Shown here: piece after piece, positions 19,355 to 28,879 of the stretch
Position numbering within the stretch: position 1 is the stretch's first letter
Layout of the letters: each line of letters starts with the position of its first letter
Source: Leptospiraceae bacterium
Lineage (GTDB): Bacteria; Spirochaetota; Leptospiria; Leptospirales; Leptospiraceae
Direction of reading: 5' to 3'
Assembly (NCBI GenBank): GCA_024233835.1
Contig: JACKPC010000001.1
Span: 1,285,442 to 1,349,441 of the forward strand
Length of the DNA stretch: 64,000 bases
Made by a program: the position numbers and the translations under genes
Notes under the pieces: generated by a model
The model's input: only the letters and a program-made list of their open reading frames with translations
Told to the model about the DNA's origin: nothing
Databases searched by the model: none

Positions 19355-20092
19355 TTGCCAGAATTACTGAAGATTGTTAACCTACATGCGAATATAGAGG
19401 GTAAGGAAATTTTAAAAGGGGTCAATTTAGAGATTCAGGCGGGAGAGACCCACGCTATTATGGGGAAAAACGGTTCCGGCAAGAGTACCCTTTCCAATAT
19501 TATCCTGGGACATCCTTCTTATAAGATTACAGGAGGTGATATTCTTTTTAAAGGTGAGTCCATACTTTCTCTCAGCACCGATGAAAGGGCTAAAAAAGGT
19601 ATTTTCTTAAGCTTTCAATATCCTACGGCCATCCCCGGAGTCAATGTAGCCAATTTCCTGCGAACCATTTTACGAGCCAAAAGGGGTGCTGACATACCGG
19701 TTCGAGAGTTTCGTAAAGAACTGAACGAAGCAATGGAGGCCTTGCACATGGACAAATCATTTACTTCCCGTTATGTGAATGATGGTTTTTCCGGTGGAGA
19801 AAAAAAGCGGAATGAAATTTTACAACTCAGTCTCCTACAACCCTCGCTCAGTATACTCGATGAGCTGGATTCCGGTCTGGACATAGACGCTTTAAAGCAG
19901 GTCTGTGAAGGCATTAACCGTTATAAAAATGAAAATAATGCTCTTCTTCTCATTACCCACTACCAGAGGATGCTGAATTATGTGATTCCTGATTTTATCC
20001 ACGTTTTTGTAGATGGAAAAATTGTCATGAGTGGCGATAAACATCTGGCTCTTGAATTGGAAGAAAAAGGTTACGATTGGGTGAGTAAATAA
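19355..20092 (+). CDS. sufC: Fe-S cluster assembly ATPase SufC
   Basis: Walker [13 protein letters not shown] signature [13 protein letters not shown], SufC-like length and N-terminus. Confidence 0.9.
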   Translation: MPELLKIVNLHANIEGKEILKGVNLEIQAGETHAIMGKNGSGKSTLSNIILGHPSYKITGGDILFKGESILSLSTDERAKKGIFLSFQYPTAIPGVNVANFLRTILRAKRGADIPVREFRKELNEAMEALHMDKSFTSRYVNDGFSGGEKKRNEILQLSLLQPSLSILDELDSGLDIDALKQVCEGINRYKNENNALLLITHYQRMLNYVIPDFIHVFVDGKIVMSGDKHLALELEEKGYDWVSK

Positions 20093-20102
20093 GGAGACCC
20101 GG

Positions 20103-21332
20103 ATGAGTACAGCAACCCTAAAAAATCCTTCCTTACATGCTGAATTAGCAGTTCTCTTTCAAAGAACGGAAGAGATAAAGGAACCTTTCTGGTTGAAAGA
20201 ATTCCGAAGAAATGCTTTTCATGTTTTACAAAGGGTTCCGATTCCTAATGCAAGCCTGGAATCCTGGAGGAAGCTTTCCTTATCTAACTTAAAACTGGAA
20301 AAGTTGATCCAGCACTGGAAGTATTCAGAAACTTATTTTACGGAAAACAGAGGAAATTGTCTGAAAAGGTTCTCTGAATTGAATCCCGGAGAAGAAGAAT
20401 TTCTTAGGAAAAAACTCGATTTTCTTCTGGAATACTATTCGGAGAGTTTTTTTAGCTTACTTAATTTTAGTTTTTTCACCTCGACCTGTTTTTTGGAACT
20501 TTCTGAAAAGAATCATATAGCCGGTATTTTTTCAATTTTGGAAAATCATTCCGAAGCCCCCTTTCTTCCTTTAAATATCATTAAAATTGGAAAGTTTGCG
20601 AAAGCAGTAGTGAAAGAAGAAACCAGACTTCCTGCGAATGAAGATTTAGAACTTTACTGTCCTTTTACGGCTCTTTTCTTAGAAGATTCTGCTAATATAG
20701 ACTTCATAAGCTTAGAACAACTTTCCGATTCAAGCTTTCACTTTAAAACCTTTTATTCTTCCCAGGAACAAAATTCCCATTTAAATCTTTCCTACTTTAA
20801 CCTGGATGGATATAGAGGGAAAACCTTTTTTGATTCGGACCTCAGGGGAGAAGGGGCAAATATTTTTTCTTTTGCTGCGATTGGCACCATACAACGCGAA
20901 GTGCAGGATGTGGAATTCAGTATTCGTCATCTGAAAAGTTATACAACAAGCAAGCTTTTGATGAAGGCAGTCGTGCGGGATAAGTCGCACCATATTTTTA
21001 CCGGAAAGCTCTGGATTCCTGCCGGCTTAAAACATGTACAGGCCAGTCAATTAAATAATAACCTGATTTTGGACCCAAAAGCCCGTGCTGAATCCATTCC
21101 CTGTCTGGAAGTTTTTTCGGAAGATGTGAGTTGCTCTCATGGTGCTACTATGGGAGAGATAAAAGAAGAGGAATTATTTTACTTAATGTCGAGAGGACTC
21201 AATGAAGAAGAAGCCCGCGCCCTGATACTGGAGGGATTTTTAGCTTCTATAACCGACAAAATTCCGAATGAAAAAATTTCCTCCGATATACTTGAGTCCT
21301 TACTCGAAAAATTGAACTCTAAGGGTAGATGA
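20103..21332 (+). CDS. sufD: Fe-S cluster assembly protein SufD (SufBD family)
   Basis: The C-terminal SufBD beta-helix region includes GATMGEIKEEELFYLMSRGLNEEEARALILEGF. It sits between sufC and sufS. Confidence 0.75.
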   Translation: MSTATLKNPSLHAELAVLFQRTEEIKEPFWLKEFRRNAFHVLQRVPIPNASLESWRKLSLSNLKLEKLIQHWKYSETYFTENRGNCLKRFSELNPGEEEFLRKKLDFLLEYYSESFFSLLNFSFFTSTCFLELSEKNHIAGIFSILENHSEAPFLPLNIIKIGKFAKAVVKEETRLPANEDLELYCPFTALFLEDSANIDFISLEQLSDSSFHFKTFYSSQEQNSHLNLSYFNLDGYRGKTFFDSDLRGEGANIFSFAAIGTIQREVQDVEFSIRHLKSYTTSKLLMKAVVRDKSHHIFTGKLWIPAGLKHVQASQLNNNLILDPKARAESIPCLEVFSEDVSCSHGATMGEIKEEELFYLMSRGLNEEEARALILEGFLASITDKIPNEKISSDILESLLEKLNSKGR

Positions 21333-21333
21333 A

Positions 21334-21645
21334 ATGGCATTTGTAAAACTGGCAGAGACAACAGATTTTGAAGATATAAAAATGAAAATTGTGGAAACAA
21401 AATTTTTTCGTGTTGGCATTTTTAAAAACACAGATACCTATATTGCTTTTGAAGATGTCTGCACTCATGATGGAGAACCCATTTCAGAAGGGGAACTCGA
21501 CGATTGTATCCTGACCTGTCCCAGACATTTTGCCCAGTTTGACTTAAAAACTGGAGAAGCTCTCTGTATGCCGGCTACAGAACCCATAAAACTTTTCCCG
21601 GTTCGGGTGAATAGAACCGATATTGAAGTAGACCTGGAGGATTAA
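21334..21645 (+). CDS. Rieske [2Fe-2S] ferredoxin-like protein embedded in the suf operon
   Basis: CTH...(17 aa)...CPRH, the Rieske CxH/CxxH pair. There is a 1-nt gap to sufD and to sufS. Confidence 0.7.
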   Translation: MAFVKLAETTDFEDIKMKIVETKFFRVGIFKNTDTYIAFEDVCTHDGEPISEGELDDCILTCPRHFAQFDLKTGEALCMPATEPIKLFPVRVNRTDIEVDLED

Positions 21646-21646
21646 T

Positions 21647-22888
21647 ATGAGTCTTGACCCTTACAGACTGAGAACCGATTTCCCTATTCTTTCTACCAAA
21701 ATGAACGGAAAACCTCTGGTTTTTCTCGATAGTGCAGCCAGTTCCCAGAAACCTTTTCAGGTTATCGATGCCCTGGATCGGTATTACAAAGAGGAAAATG
21801 CGAATATTCACCGCGGAATTTATTATCTATCCCAAAAAGCGACCGAACTCTACGAAAAAACGAGGATTAAAGTTGCCGACTTCATAAATGCTCGCTGTGC
21901 AAAGGTTATTATTTTTACAAGAAATGCCACCGAAAGCATCAATATGGTAGCTCAGGCCTGGGGAAGGGAGAATATCGGTCGGGGCGATGAAATCGTTTTG
22001 AATGAACTCGAACACCATTCCAACCTCGTTCCCTGGCACATGCTGGCAAAAGAAAAAGGAGCCGTCTTACGGTTTATACCCTTAAAAGAAGATTCAAGTC
22101 TGGATTACAGTCAATTAGATGAAATTATCAACTATCGAACCAAACTGGTAGCTATATCTCAGATGTCCAATGTTACCGGAACCATGCATGACATTAAAAC
22201 GGTCGTAAAAAAAGCTCATTCCGTTGGAGCCAAAGTCCTTTTAGACGGAGCCCAGGGAGTCTGTCACATACCGGTGAATGTTCAGGAATTGGATATAGAT
22301 TTTTATGCTTTTTCTGCCCATAAGATGCTCGGTCCAACCGGTGTGGGAGTTCTTTACGGAAAAGAAAATGTGTTGGAAAGAATGTCCCCCTGGATGGGAG
22401 GGGGAGATATGATACTCGATGTAGAAAAAGACCGTTCTACCTATGCCGACCTTCCCGCTAAACTGGAAGCCGGAACGCCTAATATAGCCGGAGTTATTGC
22501 TTTTGCCGAGGCGATTGACTATCTTGAGGCGGTTGGACTTGAAAATATTCAAAAACATGAGCAAAAACTTACCCAATATGCCCTCGAAGAACTTTATAAG
22601 TTCGGAGGAATTGAATTATACGGAGTGGAAGATCTTTCTAAAAGAGGAGGGGTCATTTCCTTTAATATGGAAGGGGTTCATCCGCATGATGTGGGTAGTA
22701 TTTTAGACGAACAGGGAATTGCCATTCGAGTGGGACATCATTGCTGTCAGCCTTTTATGAAGAAATGCAAAATATCCGGTACGGCCAGATTGAGTTTCTA
22801 TCTGTACAATACCCTTGAAGATATAGATGCCTTTATTCATGGTTTAAAAACGGTGAAGGAGATCTTCGGCCGTGTCCTTAGAAAGTAA
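21647..22888 (+). CDS. sufS: Cysteine desulfurase SufS (class V aminotransferase, group II)
   Basis: PLP-lysine region [17 protein letters not shown] and the active-site Cys loop RVGHHCCQP. Confidence 0.9.
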   Translation: MSLDPYRLRTDFPILSTKMNGKPLVFLDSAASSQKPFQVIDALDRYYKEENANIHRGIYYLSQKATELYEKTRIKVADFINARCAKVIIFTRNATESINMVAQAWGRENIGRGDEIVLNELEHHSNLVPWHMLAKEKGAVLRFIPLKEDSSLDYSQLDEIINYRTKLVAISQMSNVTGTMHDIKTVVKKAHSVGAKVLLDGAQGVCHIPVNVQELDIDFYAFSAHKMLGPTGVGVLYGKENVLERMSPWMGGGDMILDVEKDRSTYADLPAKLEAGTPNIAGVIAFAEAIDYLEAVGLENIQKHEQKLTQYALEELYKFGGIELYGVEDLSKRGGVISFNMEGVHPHDVGSILDEQGIAIRVGHHCCQPFMKKCKISGTARLSFYLYNTLEDIDAFIHGLKTVKEIFGRVLRK

Positions 22889-23291
22889 GCTTTATTCTGA
22901 TTCTTTATTAGATATTTATAAGAATCTGGTATATAGAAAAGCAATGGAAAGCTATACTCACTTCAGCTCGAAAAAGAATCAGCTTTGTGGTGATGAAATA
23001 ACCGTTTATTTTACACTTCTCGAAAATAGAATAATCGATGCCTCATTTCAGGCAGAGGCCTGTATGCTCTGCACGGTTTCCGGAGAGATTCTTTGCCGGG
23101 AATCTATTGGAAAAACTTTTAAGGAACTAAACGAGATAAGTAAAAATTTGAAAGCTTATTTTTCAAACAGGCTGGAACTCGACCTGGAGCTCTCCCGGTT
23201 TCGGGCCCTGCTTACGGCCAGGCCTTATTTGAATCGGCATCGTTGTGTTTTTTTGGCCTGGGAAACTATAGAAGAAGTATTTCATACGTAG
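22872..23291 (+). CDS. sufU: SufU/IscU-like (NifU N-terminal family) sulfur-transfer or scaffold protein
   Basis: [24 protein letters not shown] and [11 protein letters not shown] align with B. subtilis SufU NPTCGD / EGCSIS / KCATLSW. Confidence 0.65.
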   Translation: MSLESKLYSDSLLDIYKNLVYRKAMESYTHFSSKKNQLCGDEITVYFTLLENRIIDASFQAEACMLCTVSGEILCRESIGKTFKELNEISKNLKAYFSNRLELDLELSRFRALLTARPYLNRHRCVFLAWETIEEVFHT

Positions 23292-23306
23292 AAATGGAGA
23301 TATAAT

Positions 23307-23627
23307 ATGCTAATAGAACCTACAGGGGAACTGGAAAAGAAAGTTTTTGAAGCTATAAAACCTATAGAAGACCCGGAATTATATATTTCTTTGGTGGATC
23401 TGGGTTTGATTTATGAAATTCGCGTCGAAGGAAAAAAAGCTTTTATAGACATGACTCTTACCAGTATGGGCTGTCCGGCCGGCCCTTACCTGAAAACATC
23501 TATAGAAAATGAGGTTTTACGATTGGAGGAAATCGAGGAAGTGGAAGTGGAAGTTGTCTGGTCTCCTCCCTGGGATCCAAGAACCATGGCCTCCGAAGAA
23601 GCCAGAATGGATATGGGAATATTTTAA
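23307..23627 (+). CDS. sufT: DUF59 / SufT-like Fe-S assembly factor
   Basis: DPELYISLVDLGLIY...MTLTSMGCPAGP is a typical MIP18/DUF59 signature. Confidence 0.6.
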   Translation: MLIEPTGELEKKVFEAIKPIEDPELYISLVDLGLIYEIRVEGKKAFIDMTLTSMGCPAGPYLKTSIENEVLRLEEIEEVEVEVVWSPPWDPRTMASEEARMDMGIF

Positions 23628-24172
23628 GATTTTTCAGGGATTTCTTTTGGTTTGTCCGAGTTAGAACCGGAAGGCTCCGGTCTGGAAGAATAATACCTCC
23701 AGATAGCCAGAAAAAGATTCACAAGGCAAATTCCGGCAAAAAAATAGGCGTAATTATTAATTCTGTAATCGGTTTTTAAAAGCATATCTGTAAAAATGGG
23801 TCTGGGAAACAAAAAACCGGCAATAAACAGCAGACTCAGAAAGATCTGGGAGAAAACGTAATAATGTTTAAACCAGGTATGGTTCCAGAAAAAATGCAAA
23901 AGCGGAAGAGAAATGGCTATCATGAAAAAAAGTAAGTTTACATTGGTTGAAATATAAATGGTTTCTTTTATGTTTAAAAAATTAACCTCGTAGCTTATCC
24001 ATTGCTTAAAAGTGAAATAAACCTGGATTATCATAGAAGCAATGGAAATCTGCTCTAAAATACTTTTTTTCCACCAGAAAGTGAAAAAAGATTTAACTGC
24101 AAAAATAGAAGCCCTGAACCAACCGACTATAGAGAGATAAAAAAGGCTAAAAAACAGAGCAAGATTCTTCAT
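23624..24172 (-). CDS. Hypothetical integral membrane protein (about 5 TM)
   Basis: ORF with a hydrophobic profile. It overlaps the SufT stop by 4 nt in the convergent orientation. Confidence 0.4.
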   Translation of the reverse strand: MKNLALFFSLFYLSIVGWFRASIFAVKSFFTFWWKKSILEQISIASMIIQVYFTFKQWISYEVNFLNIKETIYISTNVNLLFFMIAISLPLLHFFWNHTWFKHYYVFSQIFLSLLFIAGFLFPRPIFTDMLLKTDYRINNYAYFFAGICLVNLFLAIWRYYSSRPEPSGSNSDKPKEIPEKS

Positions 24173-24630
24173 TACTTCAATAACAGGATCAATTCTAACT
24201 CCAGGCTGGCGTTTAAAGGGAGGCTGGAAACTCCTACCGCAGCTCTTGCATGTCTTCCATCTTCTCCAAAAATTAATTGTAAAAGTTCACTGGCCGAATT
24301 TGCAACGAGGTGTTGCTCGGTAAAGGAAGGCTCTGAGGCAACGAAAACATTCATTTTTAAAACTTTTTCCACTTTATCGAGGGTTCCCAGCAGGGCTTTT
24401 GCAGCTGAAAGTGCATTTAAGCAGGCCTGTTTACTGGCTTCAAACGCTGGATTCAAATCCATCCCGGCACGTATAGGGCCTTTGGAGAGCATTTCACCAT
24501 TTCTTACAGGTAGTTGCCCGGAAGTAAAAAGTAAATTTCCTGATTTTTGAGCGGGTATGTACGAAGCGATAGCTTTCGGTGCATCAGGTAGATTAAGTCC
24601 CAGTTCCAAAATCCTTTTTTCAAAAGACAT
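24172..24630 (-). CDS. RidA/YjgF-family (Rid) protein
   Basis: Size and motifs FTSGQLP...VFVASEPSFTEQHLVAN...ARAAVGVSSLPLNA. Confidence 0.65.
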   Translation of the reverse strand: MSFEKRILELGLNLPDAPKAIASYIPAQKSGNLLFTSGQLPVRNGEMLSKGPIRAGMDLNPAFEASKQACLNALSAAKALLGTLDKVEKVLKMNVFVASEPSFTEQHLVANSASELLQLIFGEDGRHARAAVGVSSLPLNASLELELILLLK

Positions 24631-24756
24631 ATCACAAGGATTTTATTCCAAGGCAATCTTACAATTATAATTTCTGTTAGATGAAACATTTCAATGTAAC
24701 TAAGGCCCCTACAAAAAAATTGATAATCTAAGTTCTATTCTTTCCTTGCATTTATC

Positions 24757-25164
24757 ATGGATATAAGTTTTTTTGGAATTGTGAACTTTCGTTCTATAAT
24801 AGCTTTTTACTTCTTCATTGTCCTTGTTTTAGGAGAATTGAGCTTTGCTCAGGAGAGAATACAAGTCCATCCCTGGGGATTGGATATTACGGAAAGGGTG
24901 ATTAACAGGAAAAATGTTAGTCATATTGTTATAGAAAGTAGAAAAGATCATTACAGGGTGACTCTTCTAGTTTCGGATCGTTTCCCTTACAATTATAAAT
25001 CCCAGTCTTACCCATTTTTTTTTCGAAAGAAAAATAGTGAAGAGGCCCAAAAACTTGTTTCTTATTTGGATAAATTTCTTCAATCTGGAGAGAATCTCTA
25101 TATTCGTTTAAATGGTTCCGAGATTGTTTATCATTCTGCTTTGCACCGGGGAACTCAGAGATAA
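24757..25164 (+). CDS. Hypothetical exported protein, immediately upstream of and abutting the PP2C phosphatase gene
   Basis: N-terminal hydrophobic segment. Stop at 25164 and next ATG at 25165. Confidence 0.35.
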   Translation: MDISFFGIVNFRSIIAFYFFIVLVLGELSFAQERIQVHPWGLDITERVINRKNVSHIVIESRKDHYRVTLLVSDRFPYNYKSQSYPFFFRKKNSEEAQKLVSYLDKFLQSGENLYIRLNGSEIVYHSALHRGTQR

Positions 25165-26472
25165 ATGCTTCTAGAAGAAAAATTATTTAAAGAAAAAGAG
25201 GTTAGTCTTGATAGATTAGGAGTAAAAATAGGGTTTTACCTGCATTTCCTTTTCTATCCTTCTTTATTTCTTTTTCCAATTGAACACAGCCCTTCTTTAA
25301 TTTTTTTAACTATCGGTTATAGTTTTGTTCGTTTTTTTGGTTTTATCTTCAGCAAGGGAAATAGAAACCTAAAACCGATTTTATATTCTTCTTCTATTTA
25401 CTTGATTGTTCTATTGCATTACTATTTTTATTCACTTGATTTTAATGTAATTTATAGAGAGAATTTATTCAGCAATAATGGATACTATATCGTTTTTTGC
25501 CTGGTAATCATCATGCAGGCTACCCGTCTGGATAAAAATAGTATTATAATTTCCAGTTTATCATCTTTTTTAGTTTTCCTAATATTTTACTTTATTAATC
25601 TTCATTTTTATAACTTAAAAATATTATGGAACGAAGTAATATTTAATTTTATTATCTTTTCTGCATCAGGCTTTATTGCATTTTTGGTTTATGACTCCAG
25701 AAAAAATGCGGTTATATCTTATATACAATTATTTAAAGAAAAAATTTCCTTGCAGAAAGATATAAAGCTCGCAAGGAATGTCCAGGAGTGTCTTTTCCCG
25801 GCTAATCGTAAACTCAATCGTCTGCGCTTTGAAGTGTTTCGGAAAACCCATAAACACATTGGTGGAGACTTTTACGACTTTATTCAGTTGAGAGAAGGAA
25901 ATGTGGGTATATTTCTTACAGATGTTGCCGGTCATGGAATTTCTTCTGCCATGGTAGCAGCCATTCTAAAAGTAATGGTATCGAATATGCCCTATATTTT
26001 AAAACTCACACCGGACAGATTTTTGACGTACCTTGATGATAAATTATATTCTGATTTTAATAGCTACCATGCTACAGCTATTTACATGTTCTTAAATTTC
26101 CATGAAAATGAGATTTTAATTGCCAATGCAGGTCATCCTTATATTCTCTATTGTCCGAAAGAGGGGGAGTTTAGAGAGATAAAAACTCTGGGAACCCTTC
26201 TGGGTTTTAAAATTCGAGAACCTGTAGCCGACTGCTTTCAATTTGCATTAAATTCCGGGGATCGTTTCTTTTTGTATACGGATGGTATTATTGAGTGTAT
26301 GAATAATAAAGAAGAACAACTCGGGGCTGAAGGTCTCTTAAAAATACTGAATGCTTATAATCATTTAAGTTTAGCTGAAATAAAAAGGAATGTGCTACTG
26401 GATGTACTCAGTTTCCAGGGTAATAGTGATTTCACCGATGATGCAATGTTTTTAATATTTGAGATAGAATAA
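25165..26472 (+). CDS. Membrane-anchored PP2C-family Ser/Thr phosphatase (SpoIIE/RsbU-like) with a multi-TM N-terminal sensor region
   Basis: About 6-7 N-terminal TM helices, then GGDFYDF, FLTDVAGHGISSAMVAA, YTDGIIE. Confidence 0.75.
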   Translation: MLLEEKLFKEKEVSLDRLGVKIGFYLHFLFYPSLFLFPIEHSPSLIFLTIGYSFVRFFGFIFSKGNRNLKPILYSSSIYLIVLLHYYFYSLDFNVIYRENLFSNNGYYIVFCLVIIMQATRLDKNSIIISSLSSFLVFLIFYFINLHFYNLKILWNEVIFNFIIFSASGFIAFLVYDSRKNAVISYIQLFKEKISLQKDIKLARNVQECLFPANRKLNRLRFEVFRKTHKHIGGDFYDFIQLREGNVGIFLTDVAGHGISSAMVAAILKVMVSNMPYILKLTPDRFLTYLDDKLYSDFNSYHATAIYMFLNFHENEILIANAGHPYILYCPKEGEFREIKTLGTLLGFKIREPVADCFQFALNSGDRFFLYTDGIIECMNNKEEQLGAEGLLKILNAYNHLSLAEIKRNVLLDVLSFQGNSDFTDDAMFLIFEIE

Positions 26473-26486
26473 ATAAGAGGAACCAT

Positions 26487-27257
26487 ATGGAATTTCAATT
26501 TCTGAAGATAGAAAAAAAAGAAAAGTATAGTATAGTAGAAATAAATAGACCGGAAGCTTTAAACGCTTTAAATGAAGAGGTCTTAAAAGAGCTGGAAAAA
26601 TGTGTGGAGTATCTGGAATCTGATGCTAACATGAGATTATTTATCCTTACAGGAAGTGGAAAGTCCTTTGTTGCAGGTGCCGATATTGCAAGGATGAAAA
26701 ATTTCAAAGCAGAAGAAGCCTATGTATTTTCCAATCTCGGCCAATCCGTTTTTAGAAAAATCGAGCATTCTCCACTCATTTCTATTGCCGGGATAAATGG
26801 TTTTGCTCTTGGAGGAGGCCTGGAATTGGCTCTTGCCTGTGATATGAGAGTTCTCTCCGAAAAGGCCAAAGTTGGACTTCCGGAAGTGAGTCTTGGTTTA
26901 ATCCCCGGATTCGGAGGAACTCAGAGGTTGGGAAGACTGGTAGGAAAAGGAAAAGCTATGGAAGTGGTCTTATCGGGAGAAATGTATTCCGCAGAAGATG
27001 CTTATCAAATGGGAATTGCCAATGCTCTTGTCAGTCCGGAAGCTTTAATGGAAACCTGTGAGAAGTATGCCGCTTCCATCTTAAAAAGAGGTCCGATAGC
27101 AACTCGAGAAGCAAAAAATGTAATCAATAGAGGACTGGATCTGAGTATGGAAGAAGGGCTTTACCAGGAAAAAGTTAGTTTTGCTGCACTATTTCAAAAA
27201 GAGGAAGCAAAAGAGGGCTTAAGTGCGTTTTTAGAAAAAAGAGCGCCCAATTTCTAA
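26487..27257 (+). CDS. Enoyl-CoA hydratase / crotonase family protein
   Basis: GSGKSFVAGADI, ISIAGINGFALGGGLELALACD, LPEVSLGLIPGFGGTQRL. Confidence 0.85.
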   Translation: MEFQFLKIEKKEKYSIVEINRPEALNALNEEVLKELEKCVEYLESDANMRLFILTGSGKSFVAGADIARMKNFKAEEAYVFSNLGQSVFRKIEHSPLISIAGINGFALGGGLELALACDMRVLSEKAKVGLPEVSLGLIPGFGGTQRLGRLVGKGKAMEVVLSGEMYSAEDAYQMGIANALVSPEALMETCEKYAASILKRGPIATREAKNVINRGLDLSMEEGLYQEKVSFAALFQKEEAKEGLSAFLEKRAPNF

Positions 27258-27290
27258 GAACGAAATAATAATTCAGGTAAACTAAAAATT

Positions 27291-27737
27291 ATGAAAAAGC
27301 GAATTCTCTATTTTCTTTTATTCTTTCTTCCACTTCATTTAGTTCCGGAGCATATTCTGCGAAATCCACTTCTGGATATTTCCATAGGCGGAAAAAGACT
27401 GCGAGTAGAAATAGCAGCCAGCCCCGAAGCCAGACAAACGGGGCTTATGTTTCGGGAAACTATGGAGGAAAATACAGGAATGCTATTTATCTTTCCTACA
27501 GAAGAATACAGAACTTTCTGGATGAAAAATACTTACCTGCCCCTGTCCATTGCCTATTTCGGGAAGGACAGGATTCTATTTGAAACCATGGACATGCGAC
27601 CCCTGCAAACCAATGAAGTTTATCCATCTTCCGGGAAAGCTATGTATGCACTCGAAGTGAACCAGGGTTGGTATGATAGAAATGGTATTAAAAAAGGAGC
27701 TGTTCTGAATATTCCCGATGGAATCAGGGCGTATTAA
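27291..27737 (+). CDS. DUF192-domain protein with signal peptide
   Basis: RLRVEIAASPEARQTGLMFRETM...GMLFIFP...FWMKNTYLPLSIAYF. Confidence 0.55.
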   Translation: MKKRILYFLLFFLPLHLVPEHILRNPLLDISIGGKRLRVEIAASPEARQTGLMFRETMEENTGMLFIFPTEEYRTFWMKNTYLPLSIAYFGKDRILFETMDMRPLQTNEVYPSSGKAMYALEVNQGWYDRNGIKKGAVLNIPDGIRAY

Positions 27738-27761
27738 GTACCTTTTTACGGGGCAGGTTGA

Positions 27762-28799
27762 TTAGTAATTCAGAATAATTCGATTGATTACACCTGCTCC
27801 TTTCTTCTTGAGTTCTCCGGTAAGCTTTTGTCTTTTCCAATCAAATTGAATAGTTCCATAATTTTCTCCGGAATAATAATTTCCTAATCGATATCGATTA
27901 TCTGAAACTACGTAATCGCCATAGGGCTTATTTAAAGAACTCGAAGTTAGTTCCAAAAACCGAAAACCATTCTGATTTTCAAAACGGGAAATTTCAGCAA
28001 AATGCCTGTCTCCGCTCAAAATAAGAAGGTTTCTTTTTTGGTATTTTTCCAGAAGGTTTAAAAGCCTGAGTCTTTCGAGAGGAAAGTTTTCCCAGCGTTC
28101 AAAATGATGTTCATAGGGCAAAACCTGAATTCCGGAAATGAGAAGCAAAAACGCCTCTTCTTTTTGAAGCTCCGATTCCAGCCATTCCCACTGTTTATTT
28201 CCTAAAAAAGTAGCTCCCGTTTCCCAATTTTCTATATAAGGAGAGAAGAATCGAAAAAAAAGAGGTCCTTTTTTTAAAGGAGTTCGGAAGGTTCTGGTAT
28301 CTAAAAAAATAATTCTAAGTTTTTCCTGTCCTTCTCCAAAAACCTCTGAGTAGTATAAGCCTTTCCGATTTCGAAGAGGATGTTTTGGTGGAAATGAAAA
28401 TGTTTCTAAAAAAAGTTCTTTGGATGCTTCCTGAAACGGATTTTCCGCTCCTCCATCATTGATTCCGTAATCATGGTCATCCCAGATGGCAAACATTTTA
28501 GCTTCTCTCTTTTTTAATCCTTTCCAGAAAGGGTGGATGTTTAGCTGCTTGTAGGCCAGACTTAAAGCTTCAAGATTCTCTCCTTCTGGATAGACATTGT
28601 CTCCCAAAAAAAGGTAAATATCCGGTTTTTCTAAAAAAATATACGAAGCTAAGTCTACAGCTTTCTTTTGCTGAAAGCAGGAAAAGAAAAGCAGTTTGTC
28701 CACTCTCGGATGAGTTCGGATAGAAGATGTGAATCCCAGTATAAAGTATAATGGAATTATATAAGAGATTGAACGAAAAGATTTCCTGATATATTTCAT
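27762..28799 (-). CDS. PhoD-like metallophosphatase (alkaline phosphatase D family)
   Basis: FLGDNVYPEG, WDDHDYGINDGG, LSGDRHFAE. Confidence 0.6.
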   Translation of the reverse strand: MKYIRKSFRSISYIIPLYFILGFTSSIRTHPRVDKLLFFSCFQQKKAVDLASYIFLEKPDIYLFLGDNVYPEGENLEALSLAYKQLNIHPFWKGLKKREAKMFAIWDDHDYGINDGGAENPFQEASKELFLETFSFPPKHPLRNRKGLYYSEVFGEGQEKLRIIFLDTRTFRTPLKKGPLFFRFFSPYIENWETGATFLGNKQWEWLESELQKEEAFLLLISGIQVLPYEHHFERWENFPLERLRLLNLLEKYQKRNLLILSGDRHFAEISRFENQNGFRFLELTSSSLNKPYGDYVVSDNRYRLGNYYSGENYGTIQFDWKRQKLTGELKKKGAGVINRIILNY

Positions 28800-28879
28800 A
28801 GCTACACCTTCATTTTTTTCTATGAAAATTACCTTACCTTATAATGGATATACAGTAAAATAATTGATAGGGGCAGATC

